Assembly (NCBI GenBank): GCA_030770535.1
Contig: JASVEC010000192.1
Location: 1-33,731, forward strand
DNA from: Batkoa obscura
Lineage: Eukaryota
DNA length: 33,731 nucleotides
Direction: 5' to 3'
Part shown: positions 13,291-22,909 of the stretch, piece after piece
Layout: each line of letters begins with the position of its first letter
Position numbering within the stretch: position 1 is the first letter of the stretch
Position numbers and translations under genes: made by a program
Notes under the pieces: generated by a model
Told to the model about the DNA's origin: nothing
The model's database searches: none
Seen by the model: only the letters and a program-made list of their open reading frames with translations

Positions 13291-15112
13291 TAAAGAATAA
13301 TTTTGCTGTTTAGCTCCATTTACCTGATCATTTCACCCTCGATTTAACTGATGTTTAAGGTGCTTAACTTAATTTAGTAATACTTCCTGCCTGATCTCCA
13401 TTCTTATGGGATCATGTGCCCCTAATTCGTTTCAAATTGAATGGTCCAGGTTAAGCCTTAAAACTAAATTAAAAAGTTGAAATTTTATTTTTAAATTTTT
13501 GATTACACAAAAACTTAATATATAAAATATCAAATGATAACATGTTTTAAAATATTATATATTTCTAACTTATACTATAATCTTATAGTATATGAGTATG
13601 AAAAAATGAACATTTATACTATAAGAAATGAAAGTCCAATTTATTAGCTGACTTTATTCGCGTCATAAATATTCTCCTATGATGCTAATAAAACAAGTAA
13701 GCATTTAGAGAACCTTAGCTTCCATTGTTTTAATAATTTATAAATGATTAAACTTTTACAGCTAATAAATTATAAGAGCTTTACTTTAAAGATCTAAAAA
13801 TTGTTAGAAATGAGAGGGCTGTAATTTTTTAAAGTTAGTTTCTTGATAAACTTAGTTTTATCTGCAGGTGTAGAATGTTAACAATACTAACCACCGTTCT
13901 AAATATTTATACATACAATCATAAAAAATAACATTTGGAGTTGTTTTTTTATAATAAAACGACAGTTTATTATAGAAATAATATTATAGACCATTGTTAT
14001 TGTATATAAAAACAGTAAGATACAATGCCTATTGTTTTTTGTTTCAATTTCTAATGAGTTTTTGGCTTTTTTATTTCATAAAAGTGAACAGTGATGAAAT
14101 GTGAGGCATTCTGATGCTTATTTATAAAAAATAACTTTTACGTTAATAATAAAACAATATTTGAAATAACTAAGACAAGAATAAAAATGAATTAAGTTCA
14201 AGTATTTTTTATTATTTTTGTATGGAAAGATAGTTTTAATCAAAGTTTATATTATATTTTAAATATCTTTTTTATTTCATTATTATTTCACCTTTGATGC
14301 AAATTGAGAAATTCACCTGTAATGGTTTATACCTGTTAATTATGCTATGAGTTTATGACCTTTGAGATCCTGCAGTATAAACTTACCTACTTATATGGCA
14401 ATTTTGTCTTATGAGCGTTTTGTTAATAATATTAGTAACAAAACAAATATTTATTGTAGTAGTATTAGCAATATTGATAAAAAGCGATAAAATATTAGTA
14501 TTCAGATTAAACAAAGTTTAAAAATCATATTTTCTATTTACTTTAACTATACTTCATATTTATCGCAGTTTAAAGGAATAAAAAAAATAAAATCATATCT
14601 TTTAAACAGTATTATACTTTATTTAAAATCATCTAAACAGTTTTATAAAAAGCAAGTGAACTGAGAAAACAATTATCCTTTACCCTAAGTATCAGTTTAT
14701 CAGATCAATAAAATGAGCTTTTCGTAGTCATGTTAAAATAATTATAATTTTTTCGTGTATTTGCTTAATGCAAATTTATATGATATATATTGGACTTTAA
14801 AAGATATACTTTTCAATGAATAAAATTATATGATCCCAAACTCATTACTTTAATGCTTCGTTTTGTATTATCGCTTTGTCATTACTTTTGTTATATATTT
14901 ATTTTTGATGTATGAGCTAATTTTTTTCGCATTAGTTCTCCTTTAAACTTCATATGTATATAGATTATCAAGACAAACAGTCCCTAAAAATATTATATTT
15001 TTGTAAAATTACCTAACTTAAAATTTGAAAAATTGCTCATTCTTATGTTCCATTTAACATATAATGAATGGTCATTATAATAAATTAAAATCCTTTTTTA
15101 TTCCGATTATAT

Positions 15113-15875
15113 TTAAGCAGATTTGTTGTAAACAGTACGGTCACGACGAGCTAACATAGCAAGACGATCTTTATCAAGCTTAAGCTTGGTGATTTGGCAG
15201 TTAGATGGGTGGACACCAATGTTTACAGAGGCACCTAAATCATTAGTACTTTCTCATAAAACAATTTTGAAGATTTCTCACCATTAACTTTATCACGAGT
15301 AAGACGCTCAATGTAGATAACATATCTTTTACGATAAACTTGAATAACTTTACCGTCTCTACCTTTATGAGCACCAGTCATAATTTTAACTTCGTCATCA
15401 ACACGAATTGGAGCTGAACGAACCTTTAAGTTAGCTTTTAGAAATTCAGTTTAATCTTTTATAGGTTACAACCCATTTAAAATAAAGCTTACGTTATATT
15501 TTTCGCGGAGATCCTTGGCAAGGGTAGCGCTCATGAGTTTTTGACGAAGATGAGATGGGGCGGTAAAGTGAGCCTTACGAGACTTACGACGGGAAGAGCT
15601 GACGTCTATTAGAATTGCCATTAAAAATTTATTACATTTGAACTTAGATTTTAGGCATCTTCATTTCCTTGAAAGATTAATTTTTTTATATCGCTTTACA
15701 ATGCATCCATTAAAAATTCCATAATTTGTAATAATAAACTAGTCTTATTTCTACCACATTAACTTTTATTACTTTTCTTCTTGATGTTGTTGATTCATTT
15801 CGTTTGGTATATTGCCTTGTTCCGTTATTCTTCAAAAAGATAATTAAACTGAGTATTACCTGAGCTGAACTTCAT
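15113..15875 (-). CDS. RPL26: 60S ribosomal protein L26 (uL24), 130 aa; exons 15875-15860, 15605-15493, 15423-15282, 15234-15113
   Basis: Spliced translation [130 protein letters not shown]; three GT-AG introns (254, 69, 47 nt). Absent from the ORF track. Confidence 0.97.
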
Positions 15876-16329
15876 TGTTGACAAATTTAGTATATAGTAA
15901 TGCCACGAAGGAAAGAGGGTTTCTACCTTTTCTTACTTTCTTTCTAATACCTGAGAACTATCTTGGACTTTGATTCATCTAATACACTTATTTTCTAGAA
16001 TTATTGGTGTATTAAACTTTGCTAATAAATTTTTAGATATTCAACCTTAAAGAATGGAGCTTTTTTCAGCAAATAATTAAAATTTATTTGTCAAAGATAA
16101 GAGTTTTTATTTGTTGAAAATTATGAACAAAAACTTGAATATTATGTGTAATAAAGAAGTGATATATGTAAGCAAGTGGAGCACTTGCCTAAATTGCTAA
16201 TGATATTTTCTAAAATTTTAAAGTACAGTTATTTTACTAAACTTTATAGTGTTGGACAAAAGTAAGCATATTTTGGTCTTTTTTTAGTTTCTTTTGCAAT
16301 ACATTTAACATTAATAGATACTAATAGAT

Positions 16330-16425
16330 AGGGATGTATTTTTGTATCTAAGAATTTTATTAACAATTTTTCCACTCAAATACCGCTTAAAAGATGGAAA
16401 AAATGAAGCCAAAAAAAACATCTCC
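16330..16425 (+). mobile_element. MITE copy 3
   Basis: AGGGATGT...ACATCTCC, perfect AGAT TSD. Confidence 0.92.
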
Positions 16426-17133
16426 AGATATTATATTTATAAAAACTAATCCATTTGTATTAATTCTAAACTAAATAAGAGTGTATTAAATAATTGCTAC
16501 TTTGATTAAATTTAGATTGAATTATTTTAGGTCTTCTTTACACTTGAAAGGAATGTTTATATGTTTATATTAATGTACTCGTTACAATAATACACTTTAA
16601 GACTGATTAACACTAGACAGGAATCGATCAAGTCAAATCGGTCCATTATGTTATATTGAATAAACCGATAGGTTTTCATTCATATTATTTTAAGTGAAAA
16701 AAAAACATACATAAAGCTCTAAATATAACCATTAAAAAATATGAATAAGTCCTAAAATTAAAATACCATTAAAGTAGATATATTATTTTGGAAGGAATTT
16801 TAAAATCCTAAATTTCTCTACCAAAAAAGTGTTCAGTTTTTATCCATTCTATTAAGAAAACACCACCTTGAATTATTGTTTTGAATAAAGTTGTAGAATT
16901 ATTTAATGTATTAAATTTAATAACATTTTAGAATTAAAAACCAGCTATAAAGCCCTTGAATAATACTCAGAGCTTGATATATCATCGACTTTTATTTAAA
17001 ATAATAGAAATGAAAGCTCACAAGTTAGTTCAATGTGATATAGTGGGCCTTTTTAAGTTGATTTTAAAGGCACTTGCTAATAAAAAACTGAAAAGTGGTC
17101 AAAATAGCCACTCACTTATGTCCAACATTATAT

Positions 17134-17233
17134 AGGAGTATTTTTTTTGACTTCATTACTTTTTTCATTTTTTAAGCGCTATTTAGGTGGAAAAACTTGG
17201 TAGTAAAATTCTTAAACAAAAAAATACATCCTC
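17134..17233 (-). mobile_element. MITE copy 4
   Basis: Reverse-orientation core; flanks ATAT/GTAT (1 mismatch). Confidence 0.88.
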
Positions 17234-17349
17234 GTATTAAATTTAGCAATAATACATATATATGAATAATACGAAAAAGGTATCCGAAATTTTTTAAAAG
17301 GAAAACAAGTTTATTTATATAAATGTCGCCATAAACTAAACATCAATTA

Positions 17350-17445
17350 GGGGATGTTTTTTGGTTTCATCACTTTTTCATTTTTTAAGCACTATTTAAA
17401 TGGAAAAGTTGTTAGTAAAATTATTAGACAAAAAAATACATCCCC
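17350..17445 (-). mobile_element. MITE copy 5
   Basis: GGGGATGT...ACATCCCC, perfect ATTA TSD. Confidence 0.93.
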
Positions 17446-17592
17446 ATTAGTTGTTTAGTTTAAACTTGAAAAACTGGTCCAAATGGACTAGCCAAATTTA
17501 TTTTGCATTAATAAGGCGTATGAAATACTATTACAAAGATAATAATATTAATTATACTAGGAGCCAATTCCTATGTATACTTGGGATACCGG

Positions 17593-18056
17593 TGTGAAAT
17601 CTGGTACTCAGTGTTTAGAGTCAAGAACAGATATTACTGGGTTGACTACACTGTAAGTCAAAAGGTCTTAGCTTAAGTGACTATAATAGGGTTGGATTAT
17701 GAAGAATAGCAAGTAATATGTTACAGACTATGTAAGACAAATAGAATAGACAATACTAATGTAAAATATATGTAAGATACCATTAAGAAAACTTAATGGC
17801 TTTATTAAATGTTTGAGATATCAGAAAATAATTCAGTTAAAAAGCCTCGAACTACTATACTCTGTAAACTCTTTTATACTCTGAAAAGTATAAATATCAA
17901 AATGAGAAGATAACGTTCTTTGGGATGGAGCTAGAAATTCTCATAGCAAATCAAACTAAGAACATGGGGTTGATTTTCTCTGAACTCGAAAACACAACAG
18001 CTTAGGCGATTGTTATACTATAATTAACCATGGGTCTGAAAAAGCGATATTTCACA
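17593..18056. mobile_element. LTR-like repeat, copy 1 (probable solo LTR)
   Basis: Ends TGTGAAAT...ATTTCACA (TG...CA with an 8-bp inverted repeat); flanks CCGG/CCAG, an imperfect 4-bp TSD; direct-repeat homolog at 21799-22266. Confidence 0.7.
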
Positions 18057-19024
18057 CCAGTAAGTATAAAATATAAAACCAAGACCCAATCGAGCACTAT
18101 TTAACCTAGTTATAATCATTTAAAAATTGACTTAGATGGGTTGATTTTTGAGAGTAGTATAATAAAATAGTATCAAGTTTTTGATGATGAGATTTTGGAA
18201 AAAAAGGTAGTATACGGGGATGTCCAAATTGGGCTCATTTTTTATTCGCCTTTTCAAAAACTCATATTAAAAATTTTGCTTAAAATTCCATAAAACAATT
18301 TTTTTTGTTAAAAGCAAAAGCACACCAACTAGTTTTAAACTATTTTGTTATAATACATATGGGGCTATCCGAACTGGTTTTAGAATTTACTTAGAAGTTA
18401 ATCCAAATTTTAAATTTTCAAATTTGTGTCTAATATGACGATTAAATCTAAAAAGCCTAAAATTAAATCTCTTTATTTTTTGTTGAAATAAGAATAAAAC
18501 GCAAATTTTCATAACTAAACTTCGAAATGGAGTTTCTGAAAATTTCAATATAATAGGGAGGAGTACACAATATAAACATTGTAATTCATTTACATCAACT
18601 TTAGGAGCTACTTATAACAACTCAGCGTTTATGGAATTTTATAATAAAACAAAATAAAGAAAAGATATATTATCAAAGTTTACTATCGACAATGATAAAC
18701 TTAATCAAGTAATGTATAAAATTAGTGCTTTAAGGGAAACAGGAAACAAAAATCAGCAAGTAGCGTTATTATCAACTATAGCTTCAGTATATTCTTTTGA
18801 TGAATGTAAGAGTTTTGGGTTTAATATAAATAGAAATCAATATGATTATTCAAAAACAAGTAATAATAATAAAATATCAATATTACAACCTATTATTAAA
18901 AATACAAAAAAAATTAAAGATGACCAAATTGAAACTATTATACAATATTTACTAAATGAGTCAACTATTTCATCAAGATTTAATAAAAAATAATGATAGT
19001 AAATATTCATCAGATAATACATAT

Positions 19025-19123
19025 GGGGATGTATTTTTACGTTTAAGAATTTTACTAATAAATTTTCCGCTCAAATAGCGCTTAAAAGGTGGAAAAAGTA
19101 ATGAAATGAAAAAAATCATCCCC
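19025..19123 (+). mobile_element. MITE copy 6 (inside the transposase)
   Basis: GGGGATGT...TCATCCCC, ATAT TSD. Confidence 0.93.
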
Positions 19124-19760
19124 ATATATTAAATAAAAGTAGAAGAATGATATATAGTAAATATTTGAATGATCTAAGAGATAAAGTAGTAGCTAGGTCA
19201 ACGTTCTTTAAATATATATCAGGTAATTTCAAAAATCCAGCAAGAAAAACGGATCTATGTAATATATGTGCTCAGTATACAGTTAGAAAAAAGTTATTTG
19301 AAAATAAAATAAACACAGCAATAAAAAACAAAGCAGAGATAGAAGGAATTTTCAATGAAGAAGAAAAATTACACAAATTACATAAATTCTGTGTTGATAC
19401 TCAAAAAAACACATTTAATGAAACTATTAAAAAATTAAATAACAAAAGTTGTATAATAATTTTAGATTTTAAACAAAATATGGAAATAGGAACAAGACCA
19501 GATTCAATAAATCTAGATCATTATAATAAACAAGCTATATCAGTATTAGGTTTTGGTGTATTATATTTAAAAGATGATAAAACAATAGACAAAGTTTACT
19601 TTGATTCTTTATCTGAAATATTGAATCATGATTCAGCATATGCAGGAGATTGTTTAATCAATTTGATCTCTACAGAGTTTCTATTTAAAAAGTTTACAAA
19701 AATTAATATATGGGCAGATACAGGAAATCATTTTAGATCCCAAGAGTTTCTACACTATAT

Positions 19761-19859
19761 GGGGATGTATTTTTGTGTTTAAGAATCCTACTAACAAACT
19801 TTCTGCTTAAATAGTGCTTAAAAAATGGAAAAAATAATGAAGTCAAAAAAAACACTCTC
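19761..19859 (+). mobile_element. MITE copy 7 (inside the transposase)
   Basis: ATAT TSD; removal restores the transposase frame. Confidence 0.93.
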
Positions 19860-20013
19860 ATATGTTTAAAGAAAGTCATAAAATAAATAGTAGTTTGAAC
19901 GTTAATCTTAATTTTTTTGCTGAGCATCATGGAAAAAGTATAGTTGATGGACATTTTGGAAACCTTTCAAAATGGAAAAGTAGTTTTGAAGCGTTAGGTA
20001 AAATAGAAGATAT

Positions 20014-20110
20014 GGAGGTGTTTTTTTGACTTTATTATTTTTTCCATTTTTAAGCGCTATTTAAGCGGAAAAAGTGGTAGTAAAATTCTTAAGCACAAAA
20101 ATACATCCCC
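20014..20110 (-). mobile_element. MITE copy 8 (inside the transposase)
   Basis: ATAT TSD; removal restores the transposase frame. Confidence 0.93.
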
Positions 20111-21121
20111 ATATCGATCAATTAATTTCAAGATTTGAGGCTTTTATTTGTGAGCATAATAAAATTAATAACTCGATTATTAATAATGGGGAAACAGATA
20201 TAATTTTTAAAAAGTATAAAAGAAACAAAAATACAAAAAGAATAATATAGATGTAGGGCATTAAGAAGTACTTACACTTTATTAAACATAACAATAAACT
20301 ACATTGTTATCCAGTATCTGATACATCAAAAAAAAAGCAATATAGTTCCAATTAAAGTTATAGAGTCTATAGAAAACAGAAAAATTAAAAGATCGATCCC
20401 AGTTTATCTTACGAAGATAACAGAGAATTTAAAATTTTCGATATTTACTAAGCAAGTAGTTTGTTAAATGATAGAAATAGATTATTAAATGTTAAGATTA
20501 CTTAAGTTATTAATAGCTAAGTTAATAAATAGTCAAAGAACAAGTAACTGTAATAATATGTAAAAGCTATTATTATATTACTTGTACTATATAGGGATGG
20601 TTAGTTATAGTTTTGGGGCTGACCACTCCCTCCCATGCAGCTATTTATTAACTTGACAATATATTAATAATGTAATTATAACATCAAAATAGTTTATCTA
20701 TTTGATAACAAATCTGCAATGTTGATTATAAAGTGGCCAATAACAAATATTTCTCAATAAAGCTTTATAAGAATGTATATTTAAGATCTAGTAGAAATTC
20801 AACTAACTTGGAGTATAAACTATAATAGAATGATTTATAATTGTGTCCGGATACTTTTAATAAAAAGTTTGATTTTATAAAATTTTAAGCGAAGTTTCTA
20901 AAATATGAAATTTTTAAAAAATTGGATAAAATAATGAAACTAATTCATACAATCCTATATTGTAAGTTAGTGGAGTTTTTCCAAATTTAATAAAGTTGTC
21001 ATATTATCAAGGACTTTACTAATGTAACTTATGTATTGACATCAATCAAAGCTATAATATGTAAACATATATATTTTCATAAAGCTTTATTGAAAAATAT
21101 TTATTATTGACTGCTTTATAT

Positions 21122-21220
21122 GCGAGTGTTTTTTTTGATTTCATAACTTTTTCCATTTTTTGAGCGCTATTTAGGTGGAAGGATTGTTAGTAAAATTATT
21201 AAGCAAAAAAATACATCCCC
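21122..21220 (-). mobile_element. MITE copy 9 (inside the inverted partial transposon copy)
   Basis: Reverse-orientation core; flanks ATAT/aATAT. The homologous site in the other copy (~20725) is empty. Confidence 0.9.
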
Positions 21221-21655
21221 AATATTCAACATTATAAATTTGATATTAAACAAATAAATAATTTTAGCATTATGATTACATTATTAATATATCGTTAGAT
21301 TAATAAACAATTACATAAAAAGGGATGGTTAGCTTTAAAACTAGAATTAATCATCTTTATATAATTTATATAATAGAAGCAATATAATAATAGTCTTTAT
21401 TTATTATTATAATCACTTGCTTTTTAATTATTTATTAATTTAAATATTAATAATTTAAGTAATACTAACATTTAATAATTGATTTTTATCATTTAAGAAA
21501 CTATTTACTTGCTTAATAAATATCGAAACTTGAATTTTATCTTATTTTTATAAAGTAAGCTTATAGTTAATTTTTTTATTTTTAATAGATTTTGTAATTT
21601 TAATTAGAATGATATTAGGTTTTTTTAGTTCATTAGATATTAAGTAGTAATATAT

Positions 21656-21749
21656 GAGGAAATATTTCTTTGTTTGAAAACTTTGCTAACAATCTCTCCA
21701 CTTAAATAGCGCTTAAAAAATAGAAAAGCAATGAAATCAAAACATCTCC
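21656..21749 (+). mobile_element. MITE copy 10 (diverged)
   Basis: Family core; flanks ATAT/ATAG. Confidence 0.85.
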
Positions 21750-21798
21750 ATAGTTTATTATACTTATAAATAGAAATCTCGAATTTCAAAATTACTCA

Positions 21799-22266
21799 TG
21801 TGAAATCTGATACTTAGTGGTCGGAGCCAAAAGCAATTCTTGTTTGATTAGCTAAACTAGCCATAAGTCGAAAGGTCTTAGTTTAAGTGACTATAATAGG
21901 GTTGGATTATGAAGAATAGCAAGTAATATGTTACAGACTATGTAAGACAAATAGAATAGACAATACTAATGTAAAATATATGTAAGATACCATTAAGAAA
22001 ACTTAATGGCTTTATTAAATGTTTGAGATATCAAGGAATAATTCAGTTAAAAAAACTCGAGTTACTATGTTCTAAGATTTCTTTTATACTCTGAAAAGTA
22101 TAAAGATCAAAATGAGAAGATAACGTTCTTTGGGATGGAGCTAGAAATTCTCATAGCAAATCAAACTAAAAGCGTGGGATTGATTGCCTTTGAACTCAAG
22201 AACTCAGCAGCTTAAGTGATTCTTATGCTAAAATCAATTATGGAGTTGACAAAGCGATATTTCACT
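21799..22266. mobile_element. LTR-like repeat, copy 2 (probable solo LTR)
   Basis: Begins TGTGAAAT and ends ATTTCAC(T); colinear with 17593-18056 at an offset of about 4210; no clear TSD. Confidence 0.65.
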
Positions 22267-22489
22267 CTATTTAATTAAATTTATAATCAAAAGTAAACTT
22301 TAATAATATTTCTTTTATTTATTTATTATGAAACACTATAAACTCTGGGTTATTACAAATAACTATTAAAATTTTATCTAAAATTTTAAATTCAAATGTT
22401 TTTATATTTTTGTGCTTTTATAATAATAAGTTATTTTGAAATCTTCATGTAGTTGTAGTATTTGCTTTTAGTTAAAATAAGGAACAAAT

Positions 22490-22587
22490 GGGGATGTGTT
22501 TTTTTGTTTAAGAATTTTACTACAATCTTTCCACTCAAATAGCGCTTAAAAAATGGAAAAATAATGAAACTAAAAAAAAACAGCCCC
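22490..22587 (+). mobile_element. MITE copy 11
   Basis: GGGGATGT...ACAGCCCC, perfect AAAT TSD. Confidence 0.93.
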
Positions 22588-22909
22588 AAATATTAGAATT
22601 TAACTTTAATATTGAACTTTTAAAAAGAGTAACTAGGCAAAATAAATGTTATTTTCTAAAGTTGAAATTTATGATGTTTTAATTTTAACTTTTCTAGTTT
22701 TTAAGCTCTATTGAGTATCAAAATTCATTAATTTTTTTAAATAAAAAAACAAGCTTTTACTTTATTCTAACTAGAGACAATAAAATCAAGAATAACTAAC
22801 AAAAAAAAATCTTATCACTTGAACCTAGAGTAAAATCATTTATTGCACTTTGAGTATTAGATAAAAAAACAATTGAATAAATAAAAACTTAATTTCCAAA
22901 AAATCCAAC

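Larger units (their letters stand above)
18435..20505 (+). pseudogene. Sola-like DDD transposase pseudogene (stops, frameshifts, three MITE insertions)
   Basis: Motifs FKNPARKTDLCNIC, IILDFKQN (D codon 19465), IWADTGNHFRS (D 19717) and NFFAEHHGKSIVDGHFG (D 19946). Removing MITEs 19761-19859 and 20014-20110 plus one ATAT each restores an unbroken frame (...FLHYMFKESHKINSSLNVNLNFFAEHHGKSIVDGHFGNLSKWKSSFEALGKIEDIDQLISRF...). The start and end codons are approximate. Confidence 0.8.
18361..20956 (+). mobile_element. Decayed full-length Sola-like DNA transposon (~2.3 kb net of three MITE insertions), ATAT TSD
   Basis: Flanked by ATAT (18357-18360 and 20957-20960). Left end GGGGCTATCCGAACTGG; the degenerate right end reads AGGATTGTATGAATTAG on the reverse strand. 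It contains a transposase pseudogene, and the flanks rejoin seamlessly into an inverted copy of the same family. Confidence 0.8.
18216..21640 (-). mobile_element. Partial inverted copy of the same Sola-like family (3' part plus right terminus), split into 18216-18356 and 20961-~21640 by the nested element
   Basis: 21065-21640 is a diverged reverse complement of 20310-20785. 18216-18356 (starting GGGGATGTCCAAATTGG) is a diverged reverse complement of ~20815-20956. The reconstructed junction aaaactccactaacttacaATATgtattataacaaaatagttt aligns without gaps to gaaattcaactaacttggagtataaactataatagaatgattt (20794-20836). Confidence 0.75.

Noticed and set aside
13320..13460. GC-richer block upstream of the FYR gene resembling an snRNA start (ATACTTCCTG)
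   Set aside because: It does not match U1 ATACTTACCTGG or other snRNA hallmarks; likely 5' UTR or promoter.
14091..14114. Box C/D-like GTGATGA...GAGGCATT-CTGA
   Set aside because: The boxes are only 13 nt apart, the rRNA complementarity is only about 8 nt, and there is no terminal stem; not enough support.
15606..15859. snoRNA in the long first intron of RPL26
   Set aside because: No RTGATGA plus CTGA pair on the coding strand and no clear H/ACA hairpins; long first introns are common in ribosomal protein genes.
17593..22266. A single LTR retrotransposon or composite element carrying the transposase
   Set aside because: No matching outer TSD, no PBS/PPT and no gag/pol; the interior is largely explained by nested DNA transposons.
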